Part shown: positions 19,934 to 29,334 of the stretch, piece after piece
Layout: each line of letters begins with the position of its first letter
Position numbering within the stretch: the first letter of the stretch is position 1
Assembly: GCA_963707865.1 (NCBI GenBank)
Contig: OY970175.1
Span: forward strand, 758,028-822,027
DNA: 64,000 bases
Origin: an uncultured bacterium
GTDB taxonomy: Bacteria > Patescibacteriota > Minisyncoccia > UBA6257 > 2-01-FULL-56-20
Direction: 5' to 3'
Notes under the pieces: generated by a model
What the model saw: the letters and a program-made list of their open reading frames with translations, nothing else
Database searches by the model: none
Told to the model about the DNA's origin: nothing
Position numbers and translations under genes: made by a program

Positions 19934-20605
19934 TCACCTTCCCCGCTTTTTAATGCGATAGGTTCTTACGGTCCCGGTAAACTTCCCTTTTTCATTGTAG
20001 ATGCCGACCGACCTGAAATAGTAATCTCTAAAATTACCCCTTTTCTCATAAGCTCTTTTCATTAACATGTAGTCGGGGTACGAGACCCTAGGATTTTCCC
20101 CTACGTATTCCGCCTCCCCATTTTCCACTAACTTATCATATTTATCCTGATTTTTTCGTGCCCGATCTGGGTTCTCGTGGAATCTCAACGGTTGGAGAAA
20201 ATTGCCTATCTTCTGATATGCCTTTTCGCCGCCGCCAAGAATCCTTTCGGTAAATCTATCCCACCCCGTGAGGAGCTCCTCCTGCTCCTTCCAAAATGGA
20301 TTTGGATGGTCTGAGTCGGGACCACGTTGGTTTTCTCGGGATTGCGACTCACTCATCGCATTCACTTCTTCGCGCATTTTGGCCAGACTTGCTTCGCGAT
20401 CCGCCTCGCGCCTACTCTTTTCCCTTGCTCTTTCAGCGGTGCTCAATTCTCCGGAAGAGACCTTCTTCTCCGGGCTCTCCGCACCACCTAACGAACGCTG
20501 GCGGACCTCAATGGCTTTGGCTTGCTCAAATGCTGCGTCAGACGTATCGGTTATGATTCTAGGGTTTTCTTCCTCTGGATTCTGAGTAACATCTGGTGTT
20601 TCCAT
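19934..20605 (-). CDS. Hypothetical hydrophilic protein
   Basis: 223-aa ORF filling the gap in a co-directional cluster. Confidence 0.65.
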   Translation of the reverse strand: METPDVTQNPEEENPRIITDTSDAAFEQAKAIEVRQRSLGGAESPEKKVSSGELSTAERAREKSRREADREASLAKMREEVNAMSESQSRENQRGPDSDHPNPFWKEQEELLTGWDRFTERILGGGEKAYQKIGNFLQPLRFHENPDRARKNQDKYDKLVENGEAEYVGENPRVSYPDYMLMKRAYEKRGNFRDYYFRSVGIYNEKGKFTGTVRTYRIKKRGR

Positions 20606-20621
20606 TGTATTGCATAAAGTA

Positions 20622-22157
20622 CTACACCTGCGTCCAATTTGCCGTGGCCGCCAGGCTATGGCATGTCGGGCATGGAATAATTGGTTTCTTTCTCGATGGC
20701 ATTATGTACTTACAAACTTGGCATTCCCAGTTATTAACCGTGGATTTAAATAACCCTGATCCACTTTTTACTCCGCCCCAAACACTTGCGGCGAGCCCTT
20801 TTGTTTTGAGGTTAGGACTGGTTGCGGTTTGTTGCAGGCGCGTTGCCATCTGCCCTCGCCATCTATTAATTCTGGTTAGTGGCGTATACAGACGGCCCCC
20901 AGGACCTACTCTTGGCTTCGGTTGCATGATACGAGATGCAAGATTTAAAGACCCTCGTGCCCCGTGTTTCATTGTATACGTGCCAAATGCTTTCGCTCCA
21001 CTCTTCACCGCGCCTATCGCGGCCCCTGCGCCCATGATGCTCATCTTCTCCGCCGCGATCATGCCGCCGACCATGAGGCCGACTACCAGGATAACTTGAA
21101 GGGCGCTGCCAATGATTGTGTTTATAGCCGACCCAAAGATATCAGAGATCGCCTTTGCTATCGCATTTCCAGTTCCCGCCTGATACCCTAAGCCCTGGAG
21201 ACTGGCTGCTGGGTCGGTGCTGTTAGTCGTATTTGTGTTCATTTGGCCGGCGACCGCTACAGAGAGATAAACAAAGAACATGACGATCGGCGCAAAGAAG
21301 GTCCACTTTATGAATTTGTCCCACCAATCTTCAAAATGTTTGCTGGTTTTTGGGAAAATCCACAGGAGCCATGCGAGCGGCATCAGAATGAGAAGGATGC
21401 TCAAGTATATGTATCGTATGAGAAGCATAAAAAGGAAAACGCAGAGCACGATGACGGTGGTAATAAGCATTGCGGCGACAAAAAGCGCCGAAAAGATAGG
21501 TTTCAGGATGTCAGCAATTGCCTTACCGAGAGCCGAGGTGCCCGTCTCGGCCTTGGCGTTGGAGGTATTAAGGAAGCCCTCAAGTGAAAACTTATGTGGC
21601 CCGAACGCTCCCGTGAGGGATTTCGCGAAGTTGTTGTATGCGGCGACGCCCTGACCGCCGCCCGGCAGCGCTTGCATGAAGGTAAGGGTGAGCTGATTAG
21701 CGAAATTGATGATCACGCCGCCGATCACCAAGCTGAAATTGACCAGAATCGCCGCCACGACGAGCTTCCAGAGAGTTTTTTTGATGCCGTAGGTTTCGCG
21801 GTGGAGGATGGTCGCAATGGCAATAATGATGATGCCGAGGACGAATCCGAGATTTGCCACAGAGAGGGTTACGGCGAACCCGCTCTGCACGGCATTCGAC
21901 ATTACGACATTGGCATTCAGCTGGAGGATGATTGTGATGAAGTAAACGATGAGTGCGATAACGTTGTTCAGGAGCCACGTAACAATGAACACGATGAGAT
22001 ACACGCCCCACGCTATGAAGTTTCCTATCAGATCGGTCAGTGCTGCGGGGCCACCAAAAATACTCCATGCATGAGCCTGGTATGGGATGGCGACGAAAGG
22101 AATGGCAAGCAAGAGGGCTGCCACCAGGATCAGTTTGTATTTATCGGAGGATTTCAT
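20622..22157 (-). CDS. TrbL/VirB6-like polytopic membrane protein with C-terminal zinc ribbon
   Basis: Signal (QAHA-W), ANLGFVLGIIIIAIATIL, LVVAAILVNFS, LLIRYIYL..LLILMPLAW, WWDKFIKW; C-terminal CQVC...CPTC. Confidence 0.8.
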   Translation of the reverse strand: MKSSDKYKLILVAALLLAIPFVAIPYQAHAWSIFGGPAALTDLIGNFIAWGVYLIVFIVTWLLNNVIALIVYFITIILQLNANVVMSNAVQSGFAVTLSVANLGFVLGIIIIAIATILHRETYGIKKTLWKLVVAAILVNFSLVIGGVIINFANQLTLTFMQALPGGGQGVAAYNNFAKSLTGAFGPHKFSLEGFLNTSNAKAETGTSALGKAIADILKPIFSALFVAAMLITTVIVLCVFLFMLLIRYIYLSILLILMPLAWLLWIFPKTSKHFEDWWDKFIKWTFFAPIVMFFVYLSVAVAGQMNTNTTNSTDPAASLQGLGYQAGTGNAIAKAISDIFGSAINTIIGSALQVILVVGLMVGGMIAAEKMSIMGAGAAIGAVKSGAKAFGTYTMKHGARGSLNLASRIMQPKPRVGPGGRLYTPLTRINRWRGQMATRLQQTATSPNLKTKGLAASVWGGVKSGSGLFKSTVNNWECQVCKYIMPSRKKPIIPCPTCHSLAATANWTQV

Positions 22158-22160
22158 TCG

Positions 22161-24278
22161 TTAGTAAAAGTTAAGGATGCTGTTGAGCTTGTTGATGATA
22201 TTTATCACCGAATTCACCTTACCCACGACGGAGGCTATCTCGGCGTTTATCTTGTTAATTTCGGCCGTCATGCTGTTGCAGGGGCCCGGATTAGACAGTC
22301 CCGTACAGACATCTTGGATTGTGATAGGGTTACCACTCCCGAGTTTAAGAGTAAGATTGTAGAGTCCCTGTGCCTTCCCTTTCATGAGTTGGACACCCAT
22401 AGCATCCGTTATCGCCCTATTTAATTGTGTAAGGTCATTCGCGCTCGCCACTTGGCCATAGGCGGAGTTCGCGGAAGCCGCGACTTGCGAAGCGCCGACA
22501 CTCCCCGGCGTGACAATTTGTTGTTTCGTGCAGATTTTATTGCCATTTGAATCCGTGTAGGATGTGAGGCATTGCGCGGTTGATTTATACCCTTGATTCG
22601 CGACACTCTCGGCCTGCGCGGCCGTTGCGGCGCTTTGGGCCGATGAATCTATCGCGTCGTGGGAAACGGCTATGGTGCCAAAAAGATTGTTGGTCGGGTC
22701 GCTAGTGAGCGAGTAATAGTCAGACCATGCGTTCGGATCGGAGCTGAAGTCGTTATAAAAGCCCTGCATGTCCGATATTTGATTCTTTATGCCACATCCG
22801 GCTCCGGTACCGTTCACGGTGGGGCTACCAAAAACAGGACCCGGCCCGCCACCTGCGCTGTCACTAAGTAAGATGTCCCCTGCGGTTTGCCCCGTTGGTC
22901 CCGCCGCAGTGTCCGGATTAAAAACGGTAGTTTTTACATCCGATACGAATTCGGGGCATATTTGCGCCGAAACATCCTTGTATGCAGCCGTTGCGCCTCT
23001 TGTGGCCGCATCGCCGTAGAACGTGGTGTAGTCCTGGATGAATCGTGGATCGCCTTTGTTTTGGATGTAATCCAGCGTTACCGAATCCAGGGTCTTAACC
23101 GCCGCATTCTTCGCGCTTTCGGTACTGATTTTTCTGTTGCACTCATAAACGAGAAGCGTCAAAATATCCAAGCTGCTCTGCGACGAAATGCTTTCCATCC
23201 CCTGTGTTTGGTTGACCATTGATTCAAGACTGGCGTCGGTGACAGGCACTGAGGTAAGGCCGGAAAGAAGATTCGCGACACTGAGGATCCCGCTCGTGAG
23301 TCCCAGGTCGGTAAGGATTTTTGTCGCGGCGTCCGAGTCAAGAGTGCACTTGCCGGTGGTTTGGTCAATGGAAAAACCGACTTGGGCAAACGCGGTGTTT
23401 ATCTGGAAAAGATTTTTAAAGAGCGCGCTGATTTCGCCGAGGCCGCCTTCTTCTGGTTTGGTTGATTGCGAGAGAAGTTTGGCGGGGTCAAGCGCTTGGT
23501 AGGCCTTCGCCATGGCGAGGATGTCGTCGGCAACGTGGCTGGTCACCTCAACTTCGCCGTTAAGCACGATCGTGGCCTTCAAGGGGTCAACCGATTGGTT
23601 TTGTATCGCCATTGAAAGGTTCCTTTCATCTTCTAAGTAGTTCACGAAGCTTTTTTCAAAAGGGACGAATACTGCGGGAGTTTCAAGATTCTTTAGGCCC
23701 AGTGCGGCCGCGCCCAAGGTTGTGGCGATGTCGCCGCTCGCGCCCGCGTTTGCGGATTGTGAGAGACCCGAGAGAAATGTGGGGCTGCTTATCGTCGCGC
23801 GCATAACGGTTTTAAATCCTTCATTGAAACGGTTGTTGGCTGCGGTACCGCTTGCAGTGGTCATGTTGAGATCGCCGTCCTGCACGTTGCTCCAGAGATC
23901 GGAGATTTGGAAATCGGGGGCACTTGCGATAAGGTAGGTATTAAGGGCGCTGCTCGTCGGCAATACAAGCCCGACTTGCCCGTTGAAATCGCGCGGCCCT
24001 TCAGGGTTGAGTGAAGTGATTACGTCCGCAAGGTTTTGGGCAGTGGCCTGCGTGAGGTTCGTGTCGTTTCCCGAAAGATTTTCCCGGAGCGCTATAGGAA
24101 GGTCTTCCGAGGCGAGAACGAAGGCGTTTTGCGGCATCGGGGTGGTACGTGAATCGCTGCGCGACGTGACCGCGCCGCCGCTTCCGTTGAAATGGGGGTT
24201 AGGGAGGGACAGAGCGACAACGCTCGCAATGATCGCGAGGATCAGGAAAGCAACCATTAGCCTCTTGACGTCTACCAT
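22161..24278 (-). CDS. Large exported hypothetical protein (T4SS-cluster associated)
   Basis: N-terminal TM, helical domain, internal AFAQ, Cys-containing C-half (GYKSTAQC...CTKQQIVTPGS). Confidence 0.75.
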   Translation of the reverse strand: MVDVKRLMVAFLILAIIASVVALSLPNPHFNGSGGAVTSRSDSRTTPMPQNAFVLASEDLPIALRENLSGNDTNLTQATAQNLADVITSLNPEGPRDFNGQVGLVLPTSSALNTYLIASAPDFQISDLWSNVQDGDLNMTTASGTAANNRFNEGFKTVMRATISSPTFLSGLSQSANAGASGDIATTLGAAALGLKNLETPAVFVPFEKSFVNYLEDERNLSMAIQNQSVDPLKATIVLNGEVEVTSHVADDILAMAKAYQALDPAKLLSQSTKPEEGGLGEISALFKNLFQINTAFAQVGFSIDQTTGKCTLDSDAATKILTDLGLTSGILSVANLLSGLTSVPVTDASLESMVNQTQGMESISSQSSLDILTLLVYECNRKISTESAKNAAVKTLDSVTLDYIQNKGDPRFIQDYTTFYGDAATRGATAAYKDVSAQICPEFVSDVKTTVFNPDTAAGPTGQTAGDILLSDSAGGGPGPVFGSPTVNGTGAGCGIKNQISDMQGFYNDFSSDPNAWSDYYSLTSDPTNNLFGTIAVSHDAIDSSAQSAATAAQAESVANQGYKSTAQCLTSYTDSNGNKICTKQQIVTPGSVGASQVAASANSAYGQVASANDLTQLNRAITDAMGVQLMKGKAQGLYNLTLKLGSGNPITIQDVCTGLSNPGPCNSMTAEINKINAEIASVVGKVNSVINIINKLNSILNFY

Positions 24279-24320
24279 TTATCTACATTATAACGCAGTG
24301 CAGGGCACAAGTTATTTTGG

Positions 24321-25112
24321 TTATCCCCAATGAGCCGCAACTCCCGCGATGTCTTTTATGGAAAGGTTCTGCGGACGGGCTTCGGGATTGATTTTAATCT
24401 CCCGGAGCAGCGCCAACGAGTTTTCCTTTCCCATGTGGGCGGCCAAATTATTGAGCACCGTTTTCCGCGGTTGGGCAAAAAGGGCTCGTATTGCGGGGAA
24501 ATAGCGCGCGGCATCAATAGGCGGCATAGATCTCGCTTCCAATATCACAAGGGCGGAATCCACTTTGGGCGGGGGGTTAAAATTTTGCTTGGAAATGATG
24601 CTCACAATTGCGGGATCAGCCCAGTATTGGACGCTCGCGGCGAGGCGATTCATCTTGGGCGGCTTCGCGACAATTCGTTCTGCGACTTCCTTTTGAACCA
24701 TAATCACGGAGCGCGTGGGCTTGTTTTTGAGCTCGCCGATCATGCGCAGGAGGCGCCCTGTAATATAATAGGGAAGGTTGCCGACCAGTTTGAAGGGCCG
24801 CTCATTGAGCGCCAAGGAACCGTGGGGCGACGCGAGATATGCAAGGATGTCGCCCGCGACAATGTCCACCCTGTTCTTATCTTTTGGCAAAGCCGCGATC
24901 CTCAGCCCCAATTCTTTTGCGAGCGCCTCGTCTTTCTCAACGGCGACGAGATGATATTGCGATCCTTCGCCCACGAGCGCGAGCGGTATTGTAAGCTCGC
25001 CGTGCCCAGATCCGACTTCAAGAACAAAATCATCGCGTACAAGACGGAGCGCGGCGATGATCTTGTTTGTTACCGACCTGTTCTTTAGAAAATGTTGGCC
25101 GAGTTTTCGCAT
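24321..25112 (-). CDS. rsmA: 16S rRNA m6,6A dimethyltransferase
   Basis: LGQHFL, LEVGSGHG, VGNLPYYIT, MVQKEVAER, FNPPPKVDSA. Confidence 0.96.
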   Translation of the reverse strand: MRKLGQHFLKNRSVTNKIIAALRLVRDDFVLEVGSGHGELTIPLALVGEGSQYHLVAVEKDEALAKELGLRIAALPKDKNRVDIVAGDILAYLASPHGSLALNERPFKLVGNLPYYITGRLLRMIGELKNKPTRSVIMVQKEVAERIVAKPPKMNRLAASVQYWADPAIVSIISKQNFNPPPKVDSALVILEARSMPPIDAARYFPAIRALFAQPRKTVLNNLAAHMGKENSLALLREIKINPEARPQNLSIKDIAGVAAHWG

Positions 25113-25142
25113 TGCTTGTTAGTTGATATAATAATAACGTAA

Positions 25143-26303
25143 ATGAACCGTTCAAGAACTATTCTTCTCCTTGTGATATCCGGGGTGGTGGTAACGAGCA
25201 TTGTGGCAATCGCCCTCTTAAGAGCGATTCAGTTGAAAAACGGAGCAGGGAGCGCCATTCAGAACCAAGCGGTTTCGCAGCCAGCCCAAACTTCTTCGCT
25301 CCCGGCGAGCGGCTTTCTGCCCGGCGGAAGCGTAGCGCTTAACGGGCAATCGTCGGCCGCAAGCAGCGAGCCCCCAATTGTGAACGGGAAGCCGGTGACG
25401 TCATTGAATGATGTAGCGCAAATTATTGCCGCGTCTTCGTCGGCTTCCTCAACGGTGGCGGCCACTCACGTGGAGTTGCTTCCTTTACCGGATGTGCCGG
25501 ACGGCGCGATCGCCATTGATCCTTCAGGGGCGGCGACCAGAGTTGAATACCTTGAGTATTTCAACGTCCACGCCGGCGACATTCCTTTTGATAAGAATAA
25601 ATTCAACGCAGTTATGAAGGACAAAAATGGGGTGGTTCTTTTTACACAAGATCTTATTGACAAAGCGCTCGGCGACGGCGATTTTCAAGAGGTCGGAAAC
25701 TCGTTGCTTGTCCAAAAAGAGTTCGCCGAGGCAGAGATCGTTTTTTTGAAGTCAATCAAGGTAACGGGAGACGCAATCGCCTTGGATAAGAAAACCATCG
25801 GCGTTGAAGAACTCCTCGTAGACCTTATTGATAAGAGCTTTGCCGTTGCATCAGGCAGTCTCGCAAAAAATGACTTCGTCGCATTCTACCATCAGTTTAT
25901 GGTGACCGTGGGGAGCGAGCGTCGGCAGTTAGTCGCGCGGTCTCTGATGTTCCACCTATCTTCAGATGATGGTTGGTTGACGCACGCGTTTCAGGTTTTC
26001 GGCACAACCGTTCAGGCTCAGGCCGTGAGCACTCCATTTGGCGGAGAGATCAGCGTCCCCATTCCTTGTCCGTGCAGCGCGGGGGTTTGGATAGTGGTGG
26101 GACCTCCCTTCCCGGCCTCAATATTCGTTCCATTCGCCTTCATGGCAACCCCTCTTTTCTACAACTATAAGTCGTCGGTTCCAGGAGCGTGGTGGCTAGG
26201 TCTTTATAGCATCGAGGCGCAGATACCCTGTCTGAGCGGGGCGGCCTGCGCTCCTATAGGCAGTGGTGGGCTGATTATCATGGCGGGAACAAGCAGCCTG
26301 TAG
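25143..26303 (+). CDS. Exported hypothetical protein with Cys-rich C-terminal domain
   Basis: N-terminal TM, helical domain, internal VQAQ then PFGG..CPCS...WWLG...C..C...AGTS. Confidence 0.75.
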   Translation: MNRSRTILLLVISGVVVTSIVAIALLRAIQLKNGAGSAIQNQAVSQPAQTSSLPASGFLPGGSVALNGQSSAASSEPPIVNGKPVTSLNDVAQIIAASSSASSTVAATHVELLPLPDVPDGAIAIDPSGAATRVEYLEYFNVHAGDIPFDKNKFNAVMKDKNGVVLFTQDLIDKALGDGDFQEVGNSLLVQKEFAEAEIVFLKSIKVTGDAIALDKKTIGVEELLVDLIDKSFAVASGSLAKNDFVAFYHQFMVTVGSERRQLVARSLMFHLSSDDGWLTHAFQVFGTTVQAQAVSTPFGGEISVPIPCPCSAGVWIVVGPPFPASIFVPFAFMATPLFYNYKSSVPGAWWLGLYSIEAQIPCLSGAACAPIGSGGLIIMAGTSSL

Positions 26304-26315
26304 TTGTCTTCACCA

Positions 26316-28226
26316 TCAATCAAGCTGGATTATTTTTTCTTGGCGTGCATCCTTAGGCGGATCTTCAAGCTCAGTTTCATCGTCCACAGCGGTCGCTCCG
26401 TCCGTGCCGTTGGTAAGCGCAAGGCAATCCTCTGGAATCTCCGCGATGAACCGCGATGGCATTCCGTAAAAACTAAGATGTAATTTTTCTTTCGCGCGCG
26501 TCATTGCGACGTACATCAGCCGGCGTTCTTCCTCAAGTGAAAGTTCGTTGTCCACTGACCGGATGTGCGGAAGCAATCCTTCGGCCACACCCGCGACGAA
26601 CACGTTTTCAAACTCAAGCCCCTTCGCGAGGTGGATCGTCATCAGATTTATCTTTTCTCTTTTGTTGTCCTTATCGCCGCCGCGCTTTGCGCGCGCGCCG
26701 CCAGTTCCGCCATCCGTACCAGTGTCGGTTGCCTGCAAAAGGCTTGTTTTCTCAAGGAAATCCGAGAGATTTTCAAATCCCGAGGCAAAGCGTATAAGCT
26801 CTGCGATATTCTCCTCCCGTTCGTCGGCGTTCGTGAAACCCTCTTCTAAGTAATCAAAATAGCCGAAGGTTTCAAGGAAAATTTTGATGATGTCCAAGGG
26901 CTTGCAATGCTCCCTGGCTGCGATCTTTTCTTTGAACATGGCGAACTTTTTCTTGGAAAGATTTTTTTCAAGGCGCTCGCGCGCGAGCGAGTCGCGGTCG
27001 TTCGCGGCTACACGGAGCGCGGCGAGCGCGTCCTTCACCTCGCGCCGTTCGTAGAACTTCAGCCCGCCAAAAATTTGATAGGGCATATCGTGGCGGATAA
27101 GCGCCTGTTCTATCGCACGCGACTGCGCGTTCGTCCGGTACAGGATCGCGACTTCCGCCCGCGCATCGCGGCGTTTTATTTTTCTGATCTCTTCCGCGAC
27201 CCACTCCGCTTCCTCGTTCTCGCCCCATGCCTCAAAAAGCGCAATGCGTTCCCCTGCCGGCTTCCGCGACCACAATTGTTTCGGCGCACGCCAGCGGTTG
27301 TTCTCCGCGACCGCTTGGGCGGCGCGGATGATATTCCCCGTGGAGCGATAATTTTCTTCAAGGAAAAATATTTTCGCGGCGGGCCAATCCTTTTCAAAAT
27401 CAAGAAATATTTTTATGTCTGCATATCGCCAGCTATAGATGGTCTGTTCGTCGTCCCCCACTACGCTCAAATTTTTGTGTCGGCTAACAAGGAGCTTCAC
27501 AAGTTCATATTGCTTCGGATTGATATCCTGGTATTCGTCAACGAGGACCGCGTCAAACTTTGTTTGATATATTTTAAGAATTTCTGGCCGCCGCCTAAAA
27601 AGTGCAACCGGCTTTTCAATGAGATCGTCAAAGTCAAATGCGTTGTTCGCCCGGAGTGCCACCTCGTATCTTTCAAAAACATTTTTAATGAGCTCCCCTC
27701 TCTCGGCCGACTCCTTGGAGGACTGAAACGCGCCGTCAAGATTTTTGATCAGGGAGATCTTCCCCGCAAAGAATGCCGGCGTGTCCTTTTTGCCCGCTTC
27801 GCCCCTTGCAAGACCCTTCACGATTTTTTTCACAAGATCGAAAGAATCATGATCGTCAAAGATCACGAAATTCGGCGTCCTGCCGAATGCCCGGCACTCC
27901 CTCCGCAGTGTCCGTGCTCCGAGTGAATGGAAAGTGCCGATGAACGGCTCCCTGCGCCCTCCGACGGCGCTCTTCCCTACGCGATCCTTCATTTCCTGGG
28001 CTGCCTTATTGGTAAAGGTGATCGCGCATATCCTCTCTGGTGGAACCCCGCTTTCCACAAGGTGCATAATGCGGCTCGTGAGGGTCCTCGTTTTACCGGT
28101 TCCGGCTCCCGCTACTATTAGTAAAGGGGAAATGGGCGCTTCAGCAGCTGCTTTCTGGGCAGGATTTAGCGAGAAAACCTTGTTTTTCAACGTTTTTTCA
28201 ATGTTTGGTTGATTTTGAGCTGCCAT
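26316..28226 (-). CDS. pcrA: UvrD/PcrA ATP-dependent DNA helicase
   Basis: LNPAQ, AGAGTGKT, TFTNKAA, VDEYQD, VGDDEQTIYSWR, NYRST, YRTNAQSR, TIHLAKGLEF, EERRLMYVAMTRA; start set at MAAQ (28226). Confidence 0.95.
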   Translation of the reverse strand: MAAQNQPNIEKTLKNKVFSLNPAQKAAAEAPISPLLIVAGAGTGKTRTLTSRIMHLVESGVPPERICAITFTNKAAQEMKDRVGKSAVGGRREPFIGTFHSLGARTLRRECRAFGRTPNFVIFDDHDSFDLVKKIVKGLARGEAGKKDTPAFFAGKISLIKNLDGAFQSSKESAERGELIKNVFERYEVALRANNAFDFDDLIEKPVALFRRRPEILKIYQTKFDAVLVDEYQDINPKQYELVKLLVSRHKNLSVVGDDEQTIYSWRYADIKIFLDFEKDWPAAKIFFLEENYRSTGNIIRAAQAVAENNRWRAPKQLWSRKPAGERIALFEAWGENEEAEWVAEEIRKIKRRDARAEVAILYRTNAQSRAIEQALIRHDMPYQIFGGLKFYERREVKDALAALRVAANDRDSLARERLEKNLSKKKFAMFKEKIAAREHCKPLDIIKIFLETFGYFDYLEEGFTNADEREENIAELIRFASGFENLSDFLEKTSLLQATDTGTDGGTGGARAKRGGDKDNKREKINLMTIHLAKGLEFENVFVAGVAEGLLPHIRSVDNELSLEEERRLMYVAMTRAKEKLHLSFYGMPSRFIAEIPEDCLALTNGTDGATAVDDETELEDPPKDARQEKIIQLD

Positions 28227-29328
28227 GTATGCTATGCTTGTCTCTATTAGTACGATAGTAAAACAATTGTATAGGAAAGATAAGCCATTAACAGTGGCTG
28301 TTTTTTTGGTTGTAGGGTGCCTTCTCGCGGGCACTTGGTTTTCGGGGAAGACCGGGCCCGTAGAGGAACGGGGGGTTCTTGGAGGTCCTGACCTTTCTCC
28401 GTCTCTCGTCCCAAATGCCAAGGGCGCGGAGTTTGAGGGGACAGCCGCGGCACTTCTCGCAAATGACGGGGTAGCTCTCGCAGATTCGGGCAGTGCCACT
28501 TTTCCTGGGGATTCCGGCTCTGCCTCCGCAGAAACCGCCCCCGCAGAAAGTTTCGAGAACGCTGCGATAAAAGACATGGGAACACCGATCGGCCCCGCGT
28601 TTGACCGGTCGGGCACAATCTCGTACGTGGTTCAAAGGGGAGACACGCTTTCGCAGATCGCTTCCTCTTTTGGTATCTCTGTTGATACCATTGCGAGCGC
28701 AAACCTCGATGTGAGGGCTACCGCGCTTGCGGTCGGCACAAACTTAAAAATATTGCCGACCTCCGGTGTGGTGTACCAAACAAAGAGTGGAGACACGCTT
28801 GAGTCAATCTCCGATTCGTTCGGAATCCCTCAAGATAGAATAATGCAGTTTAATCATGGCGTGAATTTCGGTTCGCTTGATGTGGGGACGCCGGTTATCA
28901 TACCCGGCGGCAAGGACGCTGCCCTTCTCGCAAGCGCTTCTACACTACCGAACTTCAATGAAGAGTTCACCATGCCTGCCAATGGCTACGACTGGGGGAT
29001 CCTCCATCACTACAACGCGGTTGATATTGCGAATTCGTGCGGAACTCCGGTTGTTGCTGCGGCAGAAGGGCTCGTCATTCCCGACGATGCTATCCCGGAC
29101 ACTTTCGGCGGATGGAACGAGGGCTATGGCAATTTTGTTTTAATAGAGCACCCCTTCGGCGACGGCGTGCACACGCGCTATGCTCACTTGGAGAAAATAT
29201 TGGTGCAGATCGGAGATTATGTGAAACAAGGACAGGTCATCGGGCTTATGGGTGAGACCGGCGATGCAACCGGCTGTCACGTGCATTTTGAGGTGTACGG
29301 AGCACAGAATCCATTCGCGAAGCAATAA
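28225..29328 (+). CDS. LysM-LysM-M23 peptidase (start uncertain)
   Basis: Two LysM repeats (YVVQRGDTLSQIA; YQTKSGDTLESIS); M23 motifs YNAVDIA, GYGNFV, TRYAHL, TGCHVHFEV. Confidence 0.9.
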   Translation: MYAMLVSISTIVKQLYRKDKPLTVAVFLVVGCLLAGTWFSGKTGPVEERGVLGGPDLSPSLVPNAKGAEFEGTAAALLANDGVALADSGSATFPGDSGSASAETAPAESFENAAIKDMGTPIGPAFDRSGTISYVVQRGDTLSQIASSFGISVDTIASANLDVRATALAVGTNLKILPTSGVVYQTKSGDTLESISDSFGIPQDRIMQFNHGVNFGSLDVGTPVIIPGGKDAALLASASTLPNFNEEFTMPANGYDWGILHHYNAVDIANSCGTPVVAAAEGLVIPDDAIPDTFGGWNEGYGNFVLIEHPFGDGVHTRYAHLEKILVQIGDYVKQGQVIGLMGETGDATGCHVHFEVYGAQNPFAKQ

Positions 29329-29334
29329 TTAGGT

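Noticed and set aside
12452-24278. Integrative conjugative element or prophage
   Set aside because: No integrase, relaxase, att repeats or phage genes; flanked by core genes
28227-28616. 130-aa N-terminal extension of PcrA in the ORF track
   Set aside because: Overlaps the divergent LysM-M23 gene; helicase homology begins after MAAQ at 28226
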